Notes under the pieces: generated by a model
Seen by the model: the letters and a program-made list of their open reading frames with translations, nothing else
What the model was told of the DNA's origin: nothing
Databases searched by the model: none
Program-made: the position numbers and the translations under genes
Source of the DNA: Macrostomum hystrix
Taxonomy: Eukaryota > Animalia > Platyhelminthes
Direction: 5' to 3'
NCBI GenBank assembly: GCA_950097015.1
Contig: CATNEN010000001.1
Location: 12,462,001 to 12,526,000, forward strand
Length of the DNA stretch: 64,000 bases
In this document: positions 13,821-25,867 of the stretch, in pieces
Layout: each line of letters starts with the position of its first letter
Numbering within the stretch: the first letter of the stretch is position 1

Positions 13821-14301
13821 GCACCATTCTTCCCCCAAAAGTGTAAAACTGGTAGTTTAATTTTAAAATATGAAATGGAATGACATACAAAGGCCACAAT
13901 AATTTAAATTGTATCACGTCTGCAAACAAAGAATATTTTCTTTCAAAAAAACCAAACGGCTCAAAGGCAGACGTCAAAGACCGAAAATGCTAATTGGCAC
14001 TTTCCTGACTTGATGAACAATGTGCCCTAACTTTCGAGTTTTAATTGAAAGTAGGAAAATAAAGAGAAATACGGGATACCTGTTGGTGCTGGTAGCCTAA
14101 TAAATCAGAAGCAATTCGTGTAGGCCGAAATTGGTTCCTTTGAGTCCTAAGTAGAACAGCGCTTAAAGAAAGCGGCCTGCTGATTGGACTACGGGTTGCT
14201 AGCAAAATATTCAAAAAGGAAGCCATTGCAAATATACTGCACATCTGTCTTGAAACACCTGAGAGAACCAAATAATTAAGACAAAAAACACTACAGATAA
14301 T

Positions 14302-15033
14302 ATGCTAAGGAGAACCAAGTCGATGCTGTCCGTCTGCATTTTGCTGTGTCTGCTTTCTAATTCGAAGGGCGTCACCGTCCACCTCAGCGTCGTCTCCGCC
14401 TGTCCCAGGAACATCACCGACCTGTCGCTGGTCAAGGGAGTTCGAGATGCTCGCTCCTGCTCGGTGGAGTGCGCTCTGAGACCGAACTGCACCGCCGTGT
14501 TCAAGCGAGACGACTCTTGCTACCTGGCCAATCTCACTCAGTATGAGGCTCTGTGGACACCTCAGGACTGCGTCAGCGAGGTCTGTGACATTGTGTTCCT
14601 ACTTTTACTAGTCAACGGGTGTCCAGTACACTAAAAATTAGCACGGCTTTTATATTTACTCATCTAGGATTCAGTCGTCATAGGCTTCAGTTGTGTCATG
14701 CTTTATTCACTTTTTTGTTACAATTAGTATTTAATCGTGCAGTTTTTCATTCACCCATTCGGTTTTCAGGTGGTATTTGAAAGATTGTCCTATACCTTTC
14801 TGAATCCACTGACTACCCTGAATAGAAACCCGACATCTAAAACTGGCACTGCTATGTCTCCAGTGCCCACAGCCTCTGGTCCTGTCTGCTACTCAAACTC
14901 ACAATCCTGCACCGTTGATTTCGTGCGCGAGTGCGGCAGTGACGTCACGTACCTGCGCTGCTCAAATGGAAGGTATGTTAGTATGCCGTGCTCACCAGGT
15001 ACCAGTTGGTCTGCTGGCAACTGTCCGACGTAA
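14302..15033 (+). CDS. Secreted PAN-core + Thr/Pro linker + CBM14/peritrophin-A-like six-Cys module (exons 14302-14580, 14770-15033)
   Basis: Signal MLSVCILLCLLSNSKG and core; phase-0 splice; C-terminus CYSNSQSC...ECGSDVTYLRCSNGRYVSMPCSPGTSWSAGNC fits the Y..C..G....pC.pGt.W...C chitin-binding type-2 pattern. Confidence 0.75.
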
Positions 15034-16213
15034 TTAACACCTGCAGTTTTGCATGATGCACTGATGACAAGAATTACACTTTTTTAACTTATCTTAACTG
15101 CTCGCGAAAAGAACTCGATAAAGCGAAAGTTTGAGCTTCGTAACGAAACAAGTACATATTCGCTAGTGAATTTGAAGAGGTCCTCATTACCCTAAGCACC
15201 GGCATTAAAAAAGGCTTAAAAAGCGTCAGCGTTTTTAGTTTTTATTGTCTTTTAGAAGTGTGAGCCGTTGTTTGATCTGCACAGTCTATCGAAAAAAGTG
15301 TCCTTCGTGTGAGTCTGCGATCATGTTATTCTGGGATTAAGCTAGTATTACATTTGTATTTAACTTCTTCGAAGCAATTACAGTAGGGTATATCAAAACG
15401 CATTGACCAAAGAGCATTGCATAAGTCTTGATTGAAATGACCCGGTGTCTCATTTAAACACGGTTTGTCATTATTGATTTGCTGCTGACTATTTTTCAGG
15501 CGAGATTTAGGCTAAGACGAAAGACGGAGTGTCGATTGGCGGGGCTCTTTTAATTTTAAAAAGGCCTGCTTGTACCTATTGACTTTCAGCTAGCAATGCC
15601 ACTATTTGAATTCCACTATACAAAAAATGATAATCTTGGTTGTGCTCAACCGATTTTTATTAGCTTTAGTGTTACTTCGAGTAGTATTGTCGAGAAATTC
15701 ACATCAAACTAATTCAAACACTCAAGTTTTAGAGGCTGATTTCAACTAAGTTCTTTTATACCCCCACAGTCAGACAAAGAAGCCACAGTGCTTATCCTCA
15801 TCAGTAAAAAACGCATCTTAAAATACGCGAGAAATTGAAGTCTTCCTCAAATGCTTAGCTGCAATTTCTAAATTAAAAAATATGCTTTGGACAAAACGTG
15901 CATTGTCGCTTTTGTGTTATTGAAATATTTAGCTAGAAAACAATAGGGGACGGTGGCCTGCCCTGCCGGATGAAGCAGCATGTGGTGAACAAATAAAATT
16001 AGAACTACTAGAGGCAGCGAACTAGCTCTCCGTTTCCATTCACGATGCTTGGCTGTTGAGAGTTCTGCCGACATTTCCTGCTCGTCAAATGAAAAGCTTT
16101 TAATTGACACGCACGGAGTACAAAAAGGGAACGAATTGTTAAAGCACTCGGTGCGGAGCTAATATTGTACAACAACGTCTACAGACAGCTCCTTTCATAG
16201 CCTGGGCCCTGAA

Positions 16214-17005
16214 ATGCACAAGCTAAACGGCCACGGCTTCATTATTTTAGCGGTCATAATAGCCACAGTGAGGGCTCAACATGATTGTCAGAAAATGCAA
16301 GGCTACACAATGGCGAATGAATCCGTGTTCTCGATGCCGATACATTATCAATCTCTGTCTTCAGTTGCATCCGAGCTGCAGTGCGCGCTAAAGTGCAGCG
16401 CCCAGCCCACCGTCTGCTTCGGCTTCTACAGGCTGGTCAGGGCGGCAGATTGCCGACTATTCAACACTTCGGCCTACTTCAGCCCAACACAATGGATTGC
16501 AAGCGACGAACGCGTCAATATCTACACAATGTCATCTAGTGGTAAATAAAAAGTGCAAACGTAATCTATCTAGTTTGCTACATGACTGTAAATACAGGTA
16601 ATGATGTTGTTTAAAATCACAGGGTCACCTCTCCGTATCATTGGATGCAGTCAATGCTCCACATACGACAATAAAACCTGCGACTTAGCCATTGACGGAA
16701 ATACGAATCAGGCGCACAACTCTTTATCATGTAGCCACACGTTTGACGGCGCAAGCCAATGGTGGGAGGCGCAGCTGGCCCAGGTGTCTCGCATCTCAGC
16801 TGTAAAGATCTACAACAGGCAGGACTGTTGCGCTGAACGACTCAACAATTTCACACTGTCCATTGATGGCATTGAGTGCGCCAGATTTGACACGGACGTG
16901 AGCTTCTCAGTGCGAACGTTCGACTGCGTCGGCTACGGCAGTCGGGTTCGCCTTACAAACTGCTTGCCAGCAGTGTTCAGCCTGTGCGAATTCCAGCTGT
17001 TCTGA
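16214..17005 (+). CDS. Secreted PAN/Apple + F-type lectin (fucolectin) protein (exons 16214-16541, 16623-17005)
   Basis: Signal peptide; PAN-like CALKC...CFGFY...CRLF; phase-1 intron G|GTAAAT...ACAG|GG; LAIDGN, CSHT, WW and YNRQDCCAERL (F-type lectin H...RxD....R fucose-binding motif). Confidence 0.88.
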
Positions 17006-17304
17006 GCATCACTTAGCTCGCTAGTTCATTCAGACTCGAAAATATAATGTGTTTTCTTCTTATGAAACTAAACTTTGCAGAATTCGGTTAAATATACAGC
17101 CAGTGGGACAGCCATGCTTCTGAAGGCCGTTCAGCTGTTTAGTCTGGGGAGGCCGCCTGAATTTCTGCCCTTATACAGCTGTGTAAACAGAAGGAAATTT
17201 ATCCAAGACATTTAAGAAGCGCTTCCTTTGTGTTGAGATACGAACTAGCGACCTCTCTTTCTGAAGCTCTAAACACAGGTCAACAAGATAATAACTGATA
17301 ATTA

Positions 17305-17606
17305 CAATTGCAGGAGGGCTGTGGGAACTGGCCCATCATCTGGTGACACTAGACCCGCAGCCAGCGAGGAGGCAATTCTGCCCATCTTGCTGACTCCTGA
17401 GCACACTCACACGGATACTGTACGCAGACACATCGTCAGGCAGAGTACACTTTCACTTTGCCTTGGAAATTGGCGCTCAAGAGTGTAAATTGCAAGCCCC
17501 CAAGCCTTCTCTCCACGGCTGCGCCCCAAATGAATGTGGCCTCGCTGCGGAATCGAGCTCAGGGACCTTGATGCGAGAGGCGAACGCAATCGACCGCTCT
17601 GCCACA
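17305..17606 (-). mobile_element. tRNA-derived SINE-B, near full length
   Basis: tRNA-like head TGGCAGAGCGG...GCTCGATTCC; at least 7 related copies in the window. Confidence 0.75.
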
Positions 17607-18259
17607 CAACATTGAAGCTTTCTTAGATCGTCCCGAAACTTAGATAAACCCTGTTTTTGTGGCTCTAAAATAACCATTAATTATTTTTTAACAAATTTTT
17701 ATTTTTATTTTGGTAATCAATTAAGAGAGAGCCTGACATTAGCATTAAAACAATACTTAAAAAAACTAGACAACCATGGTCAAATATTCAGATGGGACTG
17801 CGATTGTAGCCACCAATTCAAATGGAACATTTATTTACTTTCATTTTAAAGTCTTAAAGTAAGCAAGAAGTCTGCTGTTAAATAGATAACAAAATCCTCC
17901 ACTTCATATCAGAAAAAGAATGCCAACAAAGGTGCACACTACAAGCACCCCAAGCTCGTAGAATGCAACTCCCATGTCCGTCACATCAACAGCTGCCAGA
18001 TTCGATGATTTTTATGACTGACAGGTTGCACTGTATAGAAAATCAGTTTTTATCATCTAAAAGGTAGAACAATCATTTCATAATTTCATTTTAGCCCTTG
18101 TCAATCTACTCTCCAGAAGCTTGGCTCGAGAGCCGGACTTGGTTGGAATATGATTGGATGCCAGAAAATGAATAACATTTTTAGACCGAATGGAAACGAG
18201 AAAATTATCCAAAACTTTGTCAGCATCATTTTAGTGACTACAGTCCAACTCCTCGTGAA

Positions 18260-18786
18260 ATGCCCTTTAACCCGCATTCGCCACTGAGGGCTTTCACCGC
18301 CTTTTACCTGCTAAGCCTTCTGTCCGTGGTATCGGGCGTCACAGTCCGCCTCAGCGTCGTCTCCGCCTGTCCCAGGAGCATCACCGACCTGTCGCTGGTC
18401 AAGGGAGTTCGAGATGCTCGCTCCTGCTCGGTGGAGTGCGCTCTGAGACCGAACTGCACCGCCGTGTTCAAGCGAGACGACTCTTGCTACCTGGCCAATC
18501 TCACTCAGTATGAGGCTCTGTGGACACCTCACAACTGCGTCAGCGAGGTCTGTGTACGGTCATTCTTTTGAAACAGATATCAAATTATTTCGTTGGAACA
18601 GCTGCTTTCAAACTATCCAATCTGCAGGTTGTACTAGAACGTCTTTTATCTGCAGCTCCGACAGGCACCACGAGAGCTGCTTCAGGCTCCGTTAAAGGTT
18701 CGCCTGCTGCACCGGGCAAGGCTACCAGAAGCGAGGATACAAGTCCTATAAGGCCTTTTGTTGATTCTGTCCATTCACTTCTGTAA
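18260..18786 (+). CDS. Secreted PAN-core protein with type-C Ala/Pro/Ser tail (exons 18260-18547, 18628-18786)
   Basis: Signal ...FYLLSLLSVVSG and core; phase-0 splice; exon 2 VVLERLLSAAPTGTT...SLL*. Confidence 0.78.
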
Positions 18787-19497
18787 TCGTTCTGAAAAAA
18801 AGTTTTGTTGCTATGTGACACTGAAACATAAAATCTACAATTTTCGAGTAAAAAATCGAAATATTCGGCGATGCGGCCAATAAATAAGTACCTGTTATTT
18901 TCGTGCGATTAAAAGTATATGGCCTCTAAATGAATATAAGTCTGTCCGAATAAAATTTAGTTTTTGGTAGTACTTCAGTTTTTCCCTTTGTTCTGACAAC
19001 AAAGTCGGATGTTTTGAATATCCGGATTTTGGAAATACGCGCTCGTAGGACGAGTAAATTCTGTAATTTGTTTGCTTTTGGCAAGAATAATTTAAAGACA
19101 CCGCTAAGTTGATGTGAATGCTGCCTCGTTGCTTTTAAAAGGAGGGGTCTTTATAGATTCAAGATGGACGAAAAATGCATAACGGATAACCTAGTTGCCA
19201 GCAGTCAAAGCTCTGCATTACTGTTGATTGGTTAGAATTAAATCTAAATGCGCAGTCAGTTTGAAGCCAAATCAGATTTCTTTATAGATTAATCTACAGA
19301 ATAAATGCCGTCGAATTGAAATTGTCATGCAACGCGCTTGATAGCTAATGAACTCAAAGTTTTGTTTATTTGCATGCAAACGTAAATCAGGAAAAATTAT
19401 TACTCATTCCCATAAGTGGTACAGCCTTGTACAAACTGCTCGATCGGTTCGTCAATAATACATACCCCTTAATTTTCGTGAATCTAAGACATTGGGA

Positions 19498-19973
19498 ATG
19501 AGGAAAGCTTTTGTTTCCTCTGCTTTATTCTTAGCCTGATTTCGATTGGGTCAGGTTCCAGAATCCGCCTCAGCGTCGTCTCCGCCTGTCCCAGGAACAT
19601 CACCGACCTGTCGCTGGTCAAGGGAGTTCGAGATGCTCGCGCCTGCTCGGTGGAGTGCGCTCTGAGACCGAACTGCACCGCCGTGTTCAAGCGAGACGAC
19701 TCTTGCTACCTGGCCAATCTCACTCAATCTCGACTCTTGCTCACTACAGTTGACCAGCACTGTTGCAAAGTCTGACCTTCTGTATATCTTCGACTTTTTT
19801 ACTTGCAGGTTGTTCTCAGTAAATTGTCTTTTATCGGTGCTGCTGACACTACACTTGCTAATTCAGGGACATCAGTGTCGACTGAGACTAGAACAACAAC
19901 AAAAACAACAACAACAACAACAATAACACGTGTTGGCTATGTCCAGACGATTTTGGGAGGCATTTTGGGCTAG
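19498..19973 (+). pseudogene. PAN-core pseudogene with type-D tail
   Basis: ATG is out of frame with the signal peptide and core; the core is truncated after NLTQ so the donor is lost; the exon-2 remnant matches 21862-22155. Confidence 0.75.
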
Positions 19974-21494
19974 TTCAGCCGTGAAAAGTAACCTAAATTT
20001 AGGTTTTTGTAGCAAACCATTGCAAAATTCGAAGTTTATTGGAAAATATGTTGCGCAACGAATAATTTTTCCTACGACCCGAGAGTTGCTGATACGAGCG
20101 TACTAAACATGCCTGTACGAAAACTCTTTTCCTACACTTTAATATAGTTATCTCGCAAATTCGCAAGTGACAAAGTCCATATGTTAACAACTTGGAGTGC
20201 TTTTAGTTGAATGAATTCAACTAATGATATAATTTTTTCACATTAGAAAGCTTTTATCCGAATCATTTTTGCATTAGCTGGCATGCGGCGTGCAATCGTT
20301 TCATTTCAGATGAAACTATGAGAATGCAACACCTGTCAGTTCAGAGATGTCAGTTAATGAATGCTGGACAATTTGAACTGCTTGAATTTCGATGCAACTA
20401 CTTGAATCCGTCCTTCACTCTGAGCCAAATTGTTTCGAAAGCATTCAAATCTGGATATACATCAATAGGGGGGAATTTTCTGAAAACACCGGATATTCAC
20501 CTGCAAGTGCCATTGAAATTTGCGCTTCAAGTAAATTTGCGCCATTCATGCTCAAATAAAAACTAGATTTAGCTGAAATATGATAGCTGCTTTATAGACA
20601 AATTTTCAGATTTTTTCAGGACTGAAAAGTTTGCATCAGCTGTTGCAGATAATCTCGTATCTGCTAAGGGTTAAACTCATGACGGTGGTTGATGGATTGA
20701 GCGATAAAACGGCCTGTTCTCACACCAGAGTCCCTCATGTTTAATCTTAGCTTGACTCGAAGTCTGAGCTATATCTGACACCTGAGGACAAAGAAATATA
20801 CATAGTGGTGCAAAACAATAGAGAATTAACAGAAACACTTGCAAGTTATATTAAATTATAAGATTTCACACTTTTTAATCCTCGTTATTCACGCACCAGT
20901 AGTAGCTTTTCGTGGAATACAGCCAATAACGCGTCGTTTTTCAGATTCTTGATTAAAAATGACTAAAATATCAAGTTTTGTAGAAATATTTTTAAGAAGA
21001 GTAACCGATTTTTCGAGAATACGAGATAAGCTTATATAAAAAGTCACCACCCTACTGGCACGTATAGGATACTAACATTAACAACAGTAGGACAGTAGCA
21101 GTAGATGGCTCCTACAAAAAACTGCTTTGCATGTCGGTTATGGAATTTCATTGGGACAAATGCGCTTTAGCCAGAGCTTATTAATGAGCGAGACTTTTAT
21201 TTCTGGCATCGTGTGCTGACACGAGCTCATTGTTCTGGAGTTGGTAGACCATGAGTGATTGAAACGCATTAAAAAGCATTAATACCCAGATGGTTATGAA
21301 TTCGTTAACTTTGCCTTTCAACAACAACAATGATAAAAATCTCAATGAAATAGAGATTCAAACGATTGAAAAGCTAAGTTTTGTATCTGAAATGTTAATG
21401 AAGAATTTTTCAAAACCAAATGCATTTGCCGAACATCCCTGGTGAGAATTATGCTCGGTCCTGGATTTTGAAACAATAAAAATCTGCAAGCCTA

Positions 21495-22155
21495 ATGGAT
21501 TCGATTCTGGGAGTCTGCGTGTTGCTGGGCCTGCTGTCCGTCGTTTCGGGCGTCACCATCCGTCTCAGCGTCGTCTCCGACTCTCCCAACATCACCGACC
21601 TGTCGCTGGTCAAGGGTGTTCGAGATGCTCGCTCCTGCTCGGTGGAGTGCGCTCTGAGACCGAACTGCACCGCCGTGTTCAAGCGAGACGACTCTTGCTA
21701 CCTGGCCAATCTCACTCAGTATGAGGCTCTGTGGACACCTCAGGACTGCGTAGCGAGGTCTGTGACTGTTTTTTAATCCGTGATCTATCAAGCTCACTAC
21801 AGTTGACCTGCACTGTTGCAAAGTCTGATTTTCTGTCTATTTTCGACTTTTCAAATTGCAGGTTGTTCTCAGTAGATTGTCTTTCATCGGTGCTGCTGAC
21901 ACTACACTTGCTAATTCAAGGACATCAGTGTCGACTGAGTCGAATGCTTTAGTCACGACTGTGCCTTCGGAAAGTGAAACGACCGTTTCTCGGACCAGAA
22001 CGATTTCGACTGTTGGAGATGTCTCAACCACAGCACATCAGCTTGCTATGATCGGGTCGACGACTTCAAGAATTGAAGGTAAAGAAAGCTTCCAGAGTTT
22101 CTACTGCGGAGACAAGAACAAGAACAACAAGAACGACAACAAAAACACGTGTTGA
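21495..22155 (+). pseudogene. PAN-core gene with Ser/Thr-rich type-D tail (exon 2 21862-22155), probably defective
   Basis: First core Cys lost (SDSPNIT). A 1-nt deletion before the donor (GTAGCGAG vs GTCAGCGAG) shifts the splice phase. Confidence 0.6.
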
Positions 22156-22699
22156 CTTTGTCCAGGATTTTTAGGGAGGCGTTTTTGGCTAGTTTAGTCA
22201 TGAAAAGTAACCTAACTTTACGCGTTCGTTAACCTAAACTTGTCTTTTTGGAAGATATGTTGCGCAACGTATTATCTTTCCCGAGAGTTGTTGACTGTAA
22301 AAGTACATTTTTCCTTACGATGCGGGAAAGGATCTTGAAAATAGAACTTTTTTATTACGTAGCGAAATATAAACCTATTGGTGAATAATGCTTTGATAGA
22401 TGCTGAAAAGAGCTGGCAATCTTTTGATAATGCGAGTACCAACTCGGATCTTACAAAACGGCATATCAACAATAGCGAAAAGAGGCCCAGTACTTCCTTG
22501 CTGTTGTTGCCTGTCCTATAAATCTATAAGTCTTCTACGCCTTGTCACAATGTCAAGATGCGACTGTCGCAAAGAATATTCAGAATTTTTAATAGGAATC
22601 TTAAAGCCAAACAGAACGCTACTTGGAAATTCGCAACTTCAAGCAAAATAAACAAGGTATATATTGTCTGCTTAGCTTATTCCTAAATATAAGCAACAC

Positions 22700-24463
22700 A
22701 GTAGTGTTACTTTTGATTATATCTTTTGTTCTGATGGTTCAAATAATGTGATTTGACACAGTCTTATAGCGGCAAGTCTCTTCTTTATATTAATTCAAAT
22801 CTTTTTTCTAACAGACTAGGGAAAGAGAAGTTATCAACGAAAAACTAACAGGACCTCAAACATAGACTTACAGTAAATCAACAAGCAAGCAAAAATGACC
22901 AACAGTTGAGTGGTTGCGAATATGAAGTTTTCTCGTAGCAATTGAAACGCTCCTCTTCACTCGTCGGTGGGAATGCTTGACTTCTCAACGTAGTCACCGC
23001 CGAGCTGAAGGCATTTTTGCCACCGACTGAACAAACCGTCAATAGCGTTGGCATAACTCTCGCGTGGAATTTTGTGGAGCAGGACATTCCGCACTGCCTG
23101 TTCAAGGTTGTCACGGTTCTCATGAACCTTACCTCGCAGATGCGACTTCATTAGTGGAAATAAGGCGAAATCTGCTGGCGCCAGATCAGGCGAATACGGT
23201 GGATGAGGCAAAATATTAAACTTGAGTCTGCTGACAGCCTCGGAGGTCTTCTGTGCAGTATGGGGTCTGGCGTTGTCGTGGTGGAGAAGAAAGGGCTTGA
23301 TTCCAACCCGACGCTTGTTCCAGATTTCGAACTTCAATTTTTCAAGGGAAGCAATATAGCACTCGGCATTGATGCTCTTCCCTGGCTCAAGAAATTCGAT
23401 TGTAAGTGGTCCATTTCTGTCGAAGAACAAAGTCAGAAGCACCTTTTTGCAGTGAGGCTCTCGACGTGCCTTAACAGGGGGGTCTGAACCCCTGATTGTC
23501 CAAACCTTGGACTCCTGTTTGGTGGGGGGATCGAAGTGAGGCACCCACGTCTCGTCACCAGTAACAACGATTTGCCGAAACGTTTCCCATCCACCATGTT
23601 GCCTGACGAGCTCCAGATTCTCCTGGCACACTCGCTGCCGCTGCTCTTTCAGGTCTGGTGTCAGAAGGCGTGGAATCCAGCGAGCACTCAGCTTCACATA
23701 ATCCATGCTGGTGAGACTTCGATGAACCGTTGATCGCGGAGTATTCAGCCTGTCAGCAATCTCTCTGATCGTCATTCGTGCGTCCTCATCAAGAAGATCC
23801 AAGATAGCGTCAGCCAGGACGTCAGAGTCTCGAACATGAGGGCGACCTGTCCTGAGCTGATCAGCAAGGTCCGTCCTTCCCGCTCGAAACTGTTCTATCC
23901 AACGATAGATAGTCATTTTACTGACCGCGCAAGACCCATGAGCTGATGAAAGTTGCGCGTGAATCTCGGCTGCACTGTGCCCCGTCTTCCAAAGGGTGTA
24001 AATCACACTCCTCTGGGCAAAACTTGAATGCACATCCATGATCTTTAGCACAGCAAGAAATGAGAAAAAAAATTCTCGTACTGAAGCCAAGTCCAAGTGA
24101 GAGATATGAAGATTTCATTCCATCTTTTCCAGAGACAACTTTCAAATTATAACTTCATTATGATTTTTCCAGAGACATATCATTGTCACGGATTGAGAAA
24201 TTGAGAAATTTTGGTTGAAAGAGTGACCTCAGTCAAAAGCACTTTCGTAGCATTCCGATAGCTTGTTGATTTACTGTAAGTCTATGTTTGAGGTCCTGTT
24301 AGTTTTTCGTTGATAACTTCTCTTTCCCTAGTCTGTTAGAAAAAAGATTTGAATTAATATAAAGAAGAGACTTGCCGCTATAAGACTGTGTCAAATCACA
24401 TTATTTGAACCATCAGAACAAAAGATATAATCAAAAGTAACACTACTTTTGGGACAGCCCTCG
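22700..24463 (-). mobile_element. mariner element with ~200-bp TIRs (22700-22886 remnant; 24261-24463)
   Basis: Inverted repeat matching over ~187 bp; right end ...CAGCCCTCG|TA; left TIR lacks its outer 16 nt. Confidence 0.92.
22957..24039 (-). CDS. mariner (DD34D) transposase, intact ORF of 360 aa
   Basis: HTH region, WIPRLL, TGDETW, HHDNARPH, YSPDLAPADF; 34 residues between the second and third Asp. Confidence 0.95.
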   Translation of the reverse strand: MDVHSSFAQRSVIYTLWKTGHSAAEIHAQLSSAHGSCAVSKMTIYRWIEQFRAGRTDLADQLRTGRPHVRDSDVLADAILDLLDEDARMTIREIADRLNTPRSTVHRSLTSMDYVKLSARWIPRLLTPDLKEQRQRVCQENLELVRQHGGWETFRQIVVTGDETWVPHFDPPTKQESKVWTIRGSDPPVKARREPHCKKVLLTLFFDRNGPLTIEFLEPGKSINAECYIASLEKLKFEIWNKRRVGIKPFLLHHDNARPHTAQKTSEAVSRLKFNILPHPPYSPDLAPADFALFPLMKSHLRGKVHENRDNLEQAVRNVLLHKIPRESYANAIDGLFSRWQKCLQLGGDYVEKSSIPTDE

Positions 24464-24817
24464 TATAAGCAACACGGCTGCAGGTCCGGACAAGACCAAT
24501 GCGCAGCTATTAGTGCCATTGTTTCGCTGAACAAGCTTTGATGGACGATTCTGAAAGTAGGCAGAGAAATCGAAGTCTAAAGACAAATGCACTACCCTAA
24601 AAAGCTAGCTACATTTTTTTACGCGAATGAAACACACACTTTGCATTTTTTATCGATGACTTTAGAAATATTTCCAAAGCTTTTAAAACGGAAACAAAGC
24701 ATAAAAGACTCCTTTCAGGCAACATATCATTTCTGCTGACATCGGAGCTTAAGTTTAATGTCAGGAGCTCAAATTTTTAAACCGTAATTTGAGCTCAAGT
24801 TTTTTTGCTAAGTACTG

Positions 24818-25867
24818 ATGAAGGCAGTCATTGCTTTTGTCAGCCTTCTGAACCTGCTTCCCGATGCGAAGGGAGTCACCATCCGCCTCAGCGTCGTCTC
24901 CGCCTGTCCCAGGAGCATCACCGACCTGTCGCTGGTCAAGGGAGTTCGAGATGCTCGCGCCTGCTCGGTGGAGTGCGCTCTGAGACCGAACTGCACCGCC
25001 GTGTTCAAGCGAGACGACTCTTGCTACCTGGCCAATCTCACTCAGTATGAGGCTCTGTGGACACCTCAGGACTGCGTCAGCGAGGTCTGTAGCCCTGTGG
25101 TACTGCATATTCTTGTCAAGGGGTGTCCAATTTTCGAACTAATATGGATCCGCCACCGGAGTTTATACAGAGCAATTAGCTGTCCTCGTCCCCGAAGTCT
25201 TCAACGAGAATCGCTGACTATCTCGACGATGATGAGGTCGGACGGCTTTGAAAGTTGGTTCATCGCGTAAAGAGCAGACAATTTTGATTCATACGTTAGT
25301 CTTTCAAGAGAATCGGTCATTCAGTTTGGGAGCTTTCGTGAAGTAGGCATTGAATATATAGCGTTTCCTTGTCTTTCCCCAGGGGGCAAATAGCTTGGTC
25401 GTTTTGCTGTTTACTGTTTTTTCTTGAAAAAATCTGAGCCATGATCGTACAATAAGTTTAGAATTATTAACTGCATTTCTTTCTTCATAAAGTGTATTTG
25501 TAAACAGTCGCCGTAGGCTTTAGTTGCGTCATGTTTTATTTAGTTTTTTTATTTTATCGTACAGTTGTTCATTCACGTCTTTGGTTTTCAGGTGGTATCC
25601 GAAAGATTGTCATCAACATTTTTGAATCTAACAGTGCTGACTACCCTGAATAGAAACCCGACAACATCTAAAACTGGCACTGCTGTGTCTCCAGTGCCCA
25701 CAGCCTCTGGTCCTGTCTGCTACTCAAACTCACAATCCTGCACCGTTGATTACGCGCGCGAGTGCGGCAGTGACGTCACGTACCTGCGCTGCTCAAATGG
25801 AAAGTATGTGCGCGTGTCATGCTTTCTGGGTACCAGTTGGTCTGCTGGCATCGTCCGATGTAATTAA
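24818..25867 (+). CDS. Secreted PAN-core + CBM14-like protein, chimera of the 9415-type 5' end and the 14302-type 3' exon (exons 24818-25084, 25592-25867)
   Basis: Upstream region and signal peptide nearly identical to the 9415 copy; exon 2 and 3' flank nearly identical to the 14770 exon; a small indel changes the last residues (GIVRCN). Confidence 0.78.

Noticed and set aside
12752-13977. Long heptapeptide-repeat ORFs
   Set aside because: Minisatellite artefact, open in three frames.
22957-24096. SETMAR-like domesticated gene
   Set aside because: No SET domain, and it is flanked by TIRs and a TA site.
5404-25108. Recurrent antisense and alternative-frame ORFs (MNTAVQFGLRAH..., ...SEIGQVARVVSLEH...)
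   Set aside because: Shadows of the GC-rich PAN core; conserved only because the DNA is identical, with inconsistent starts and ends.
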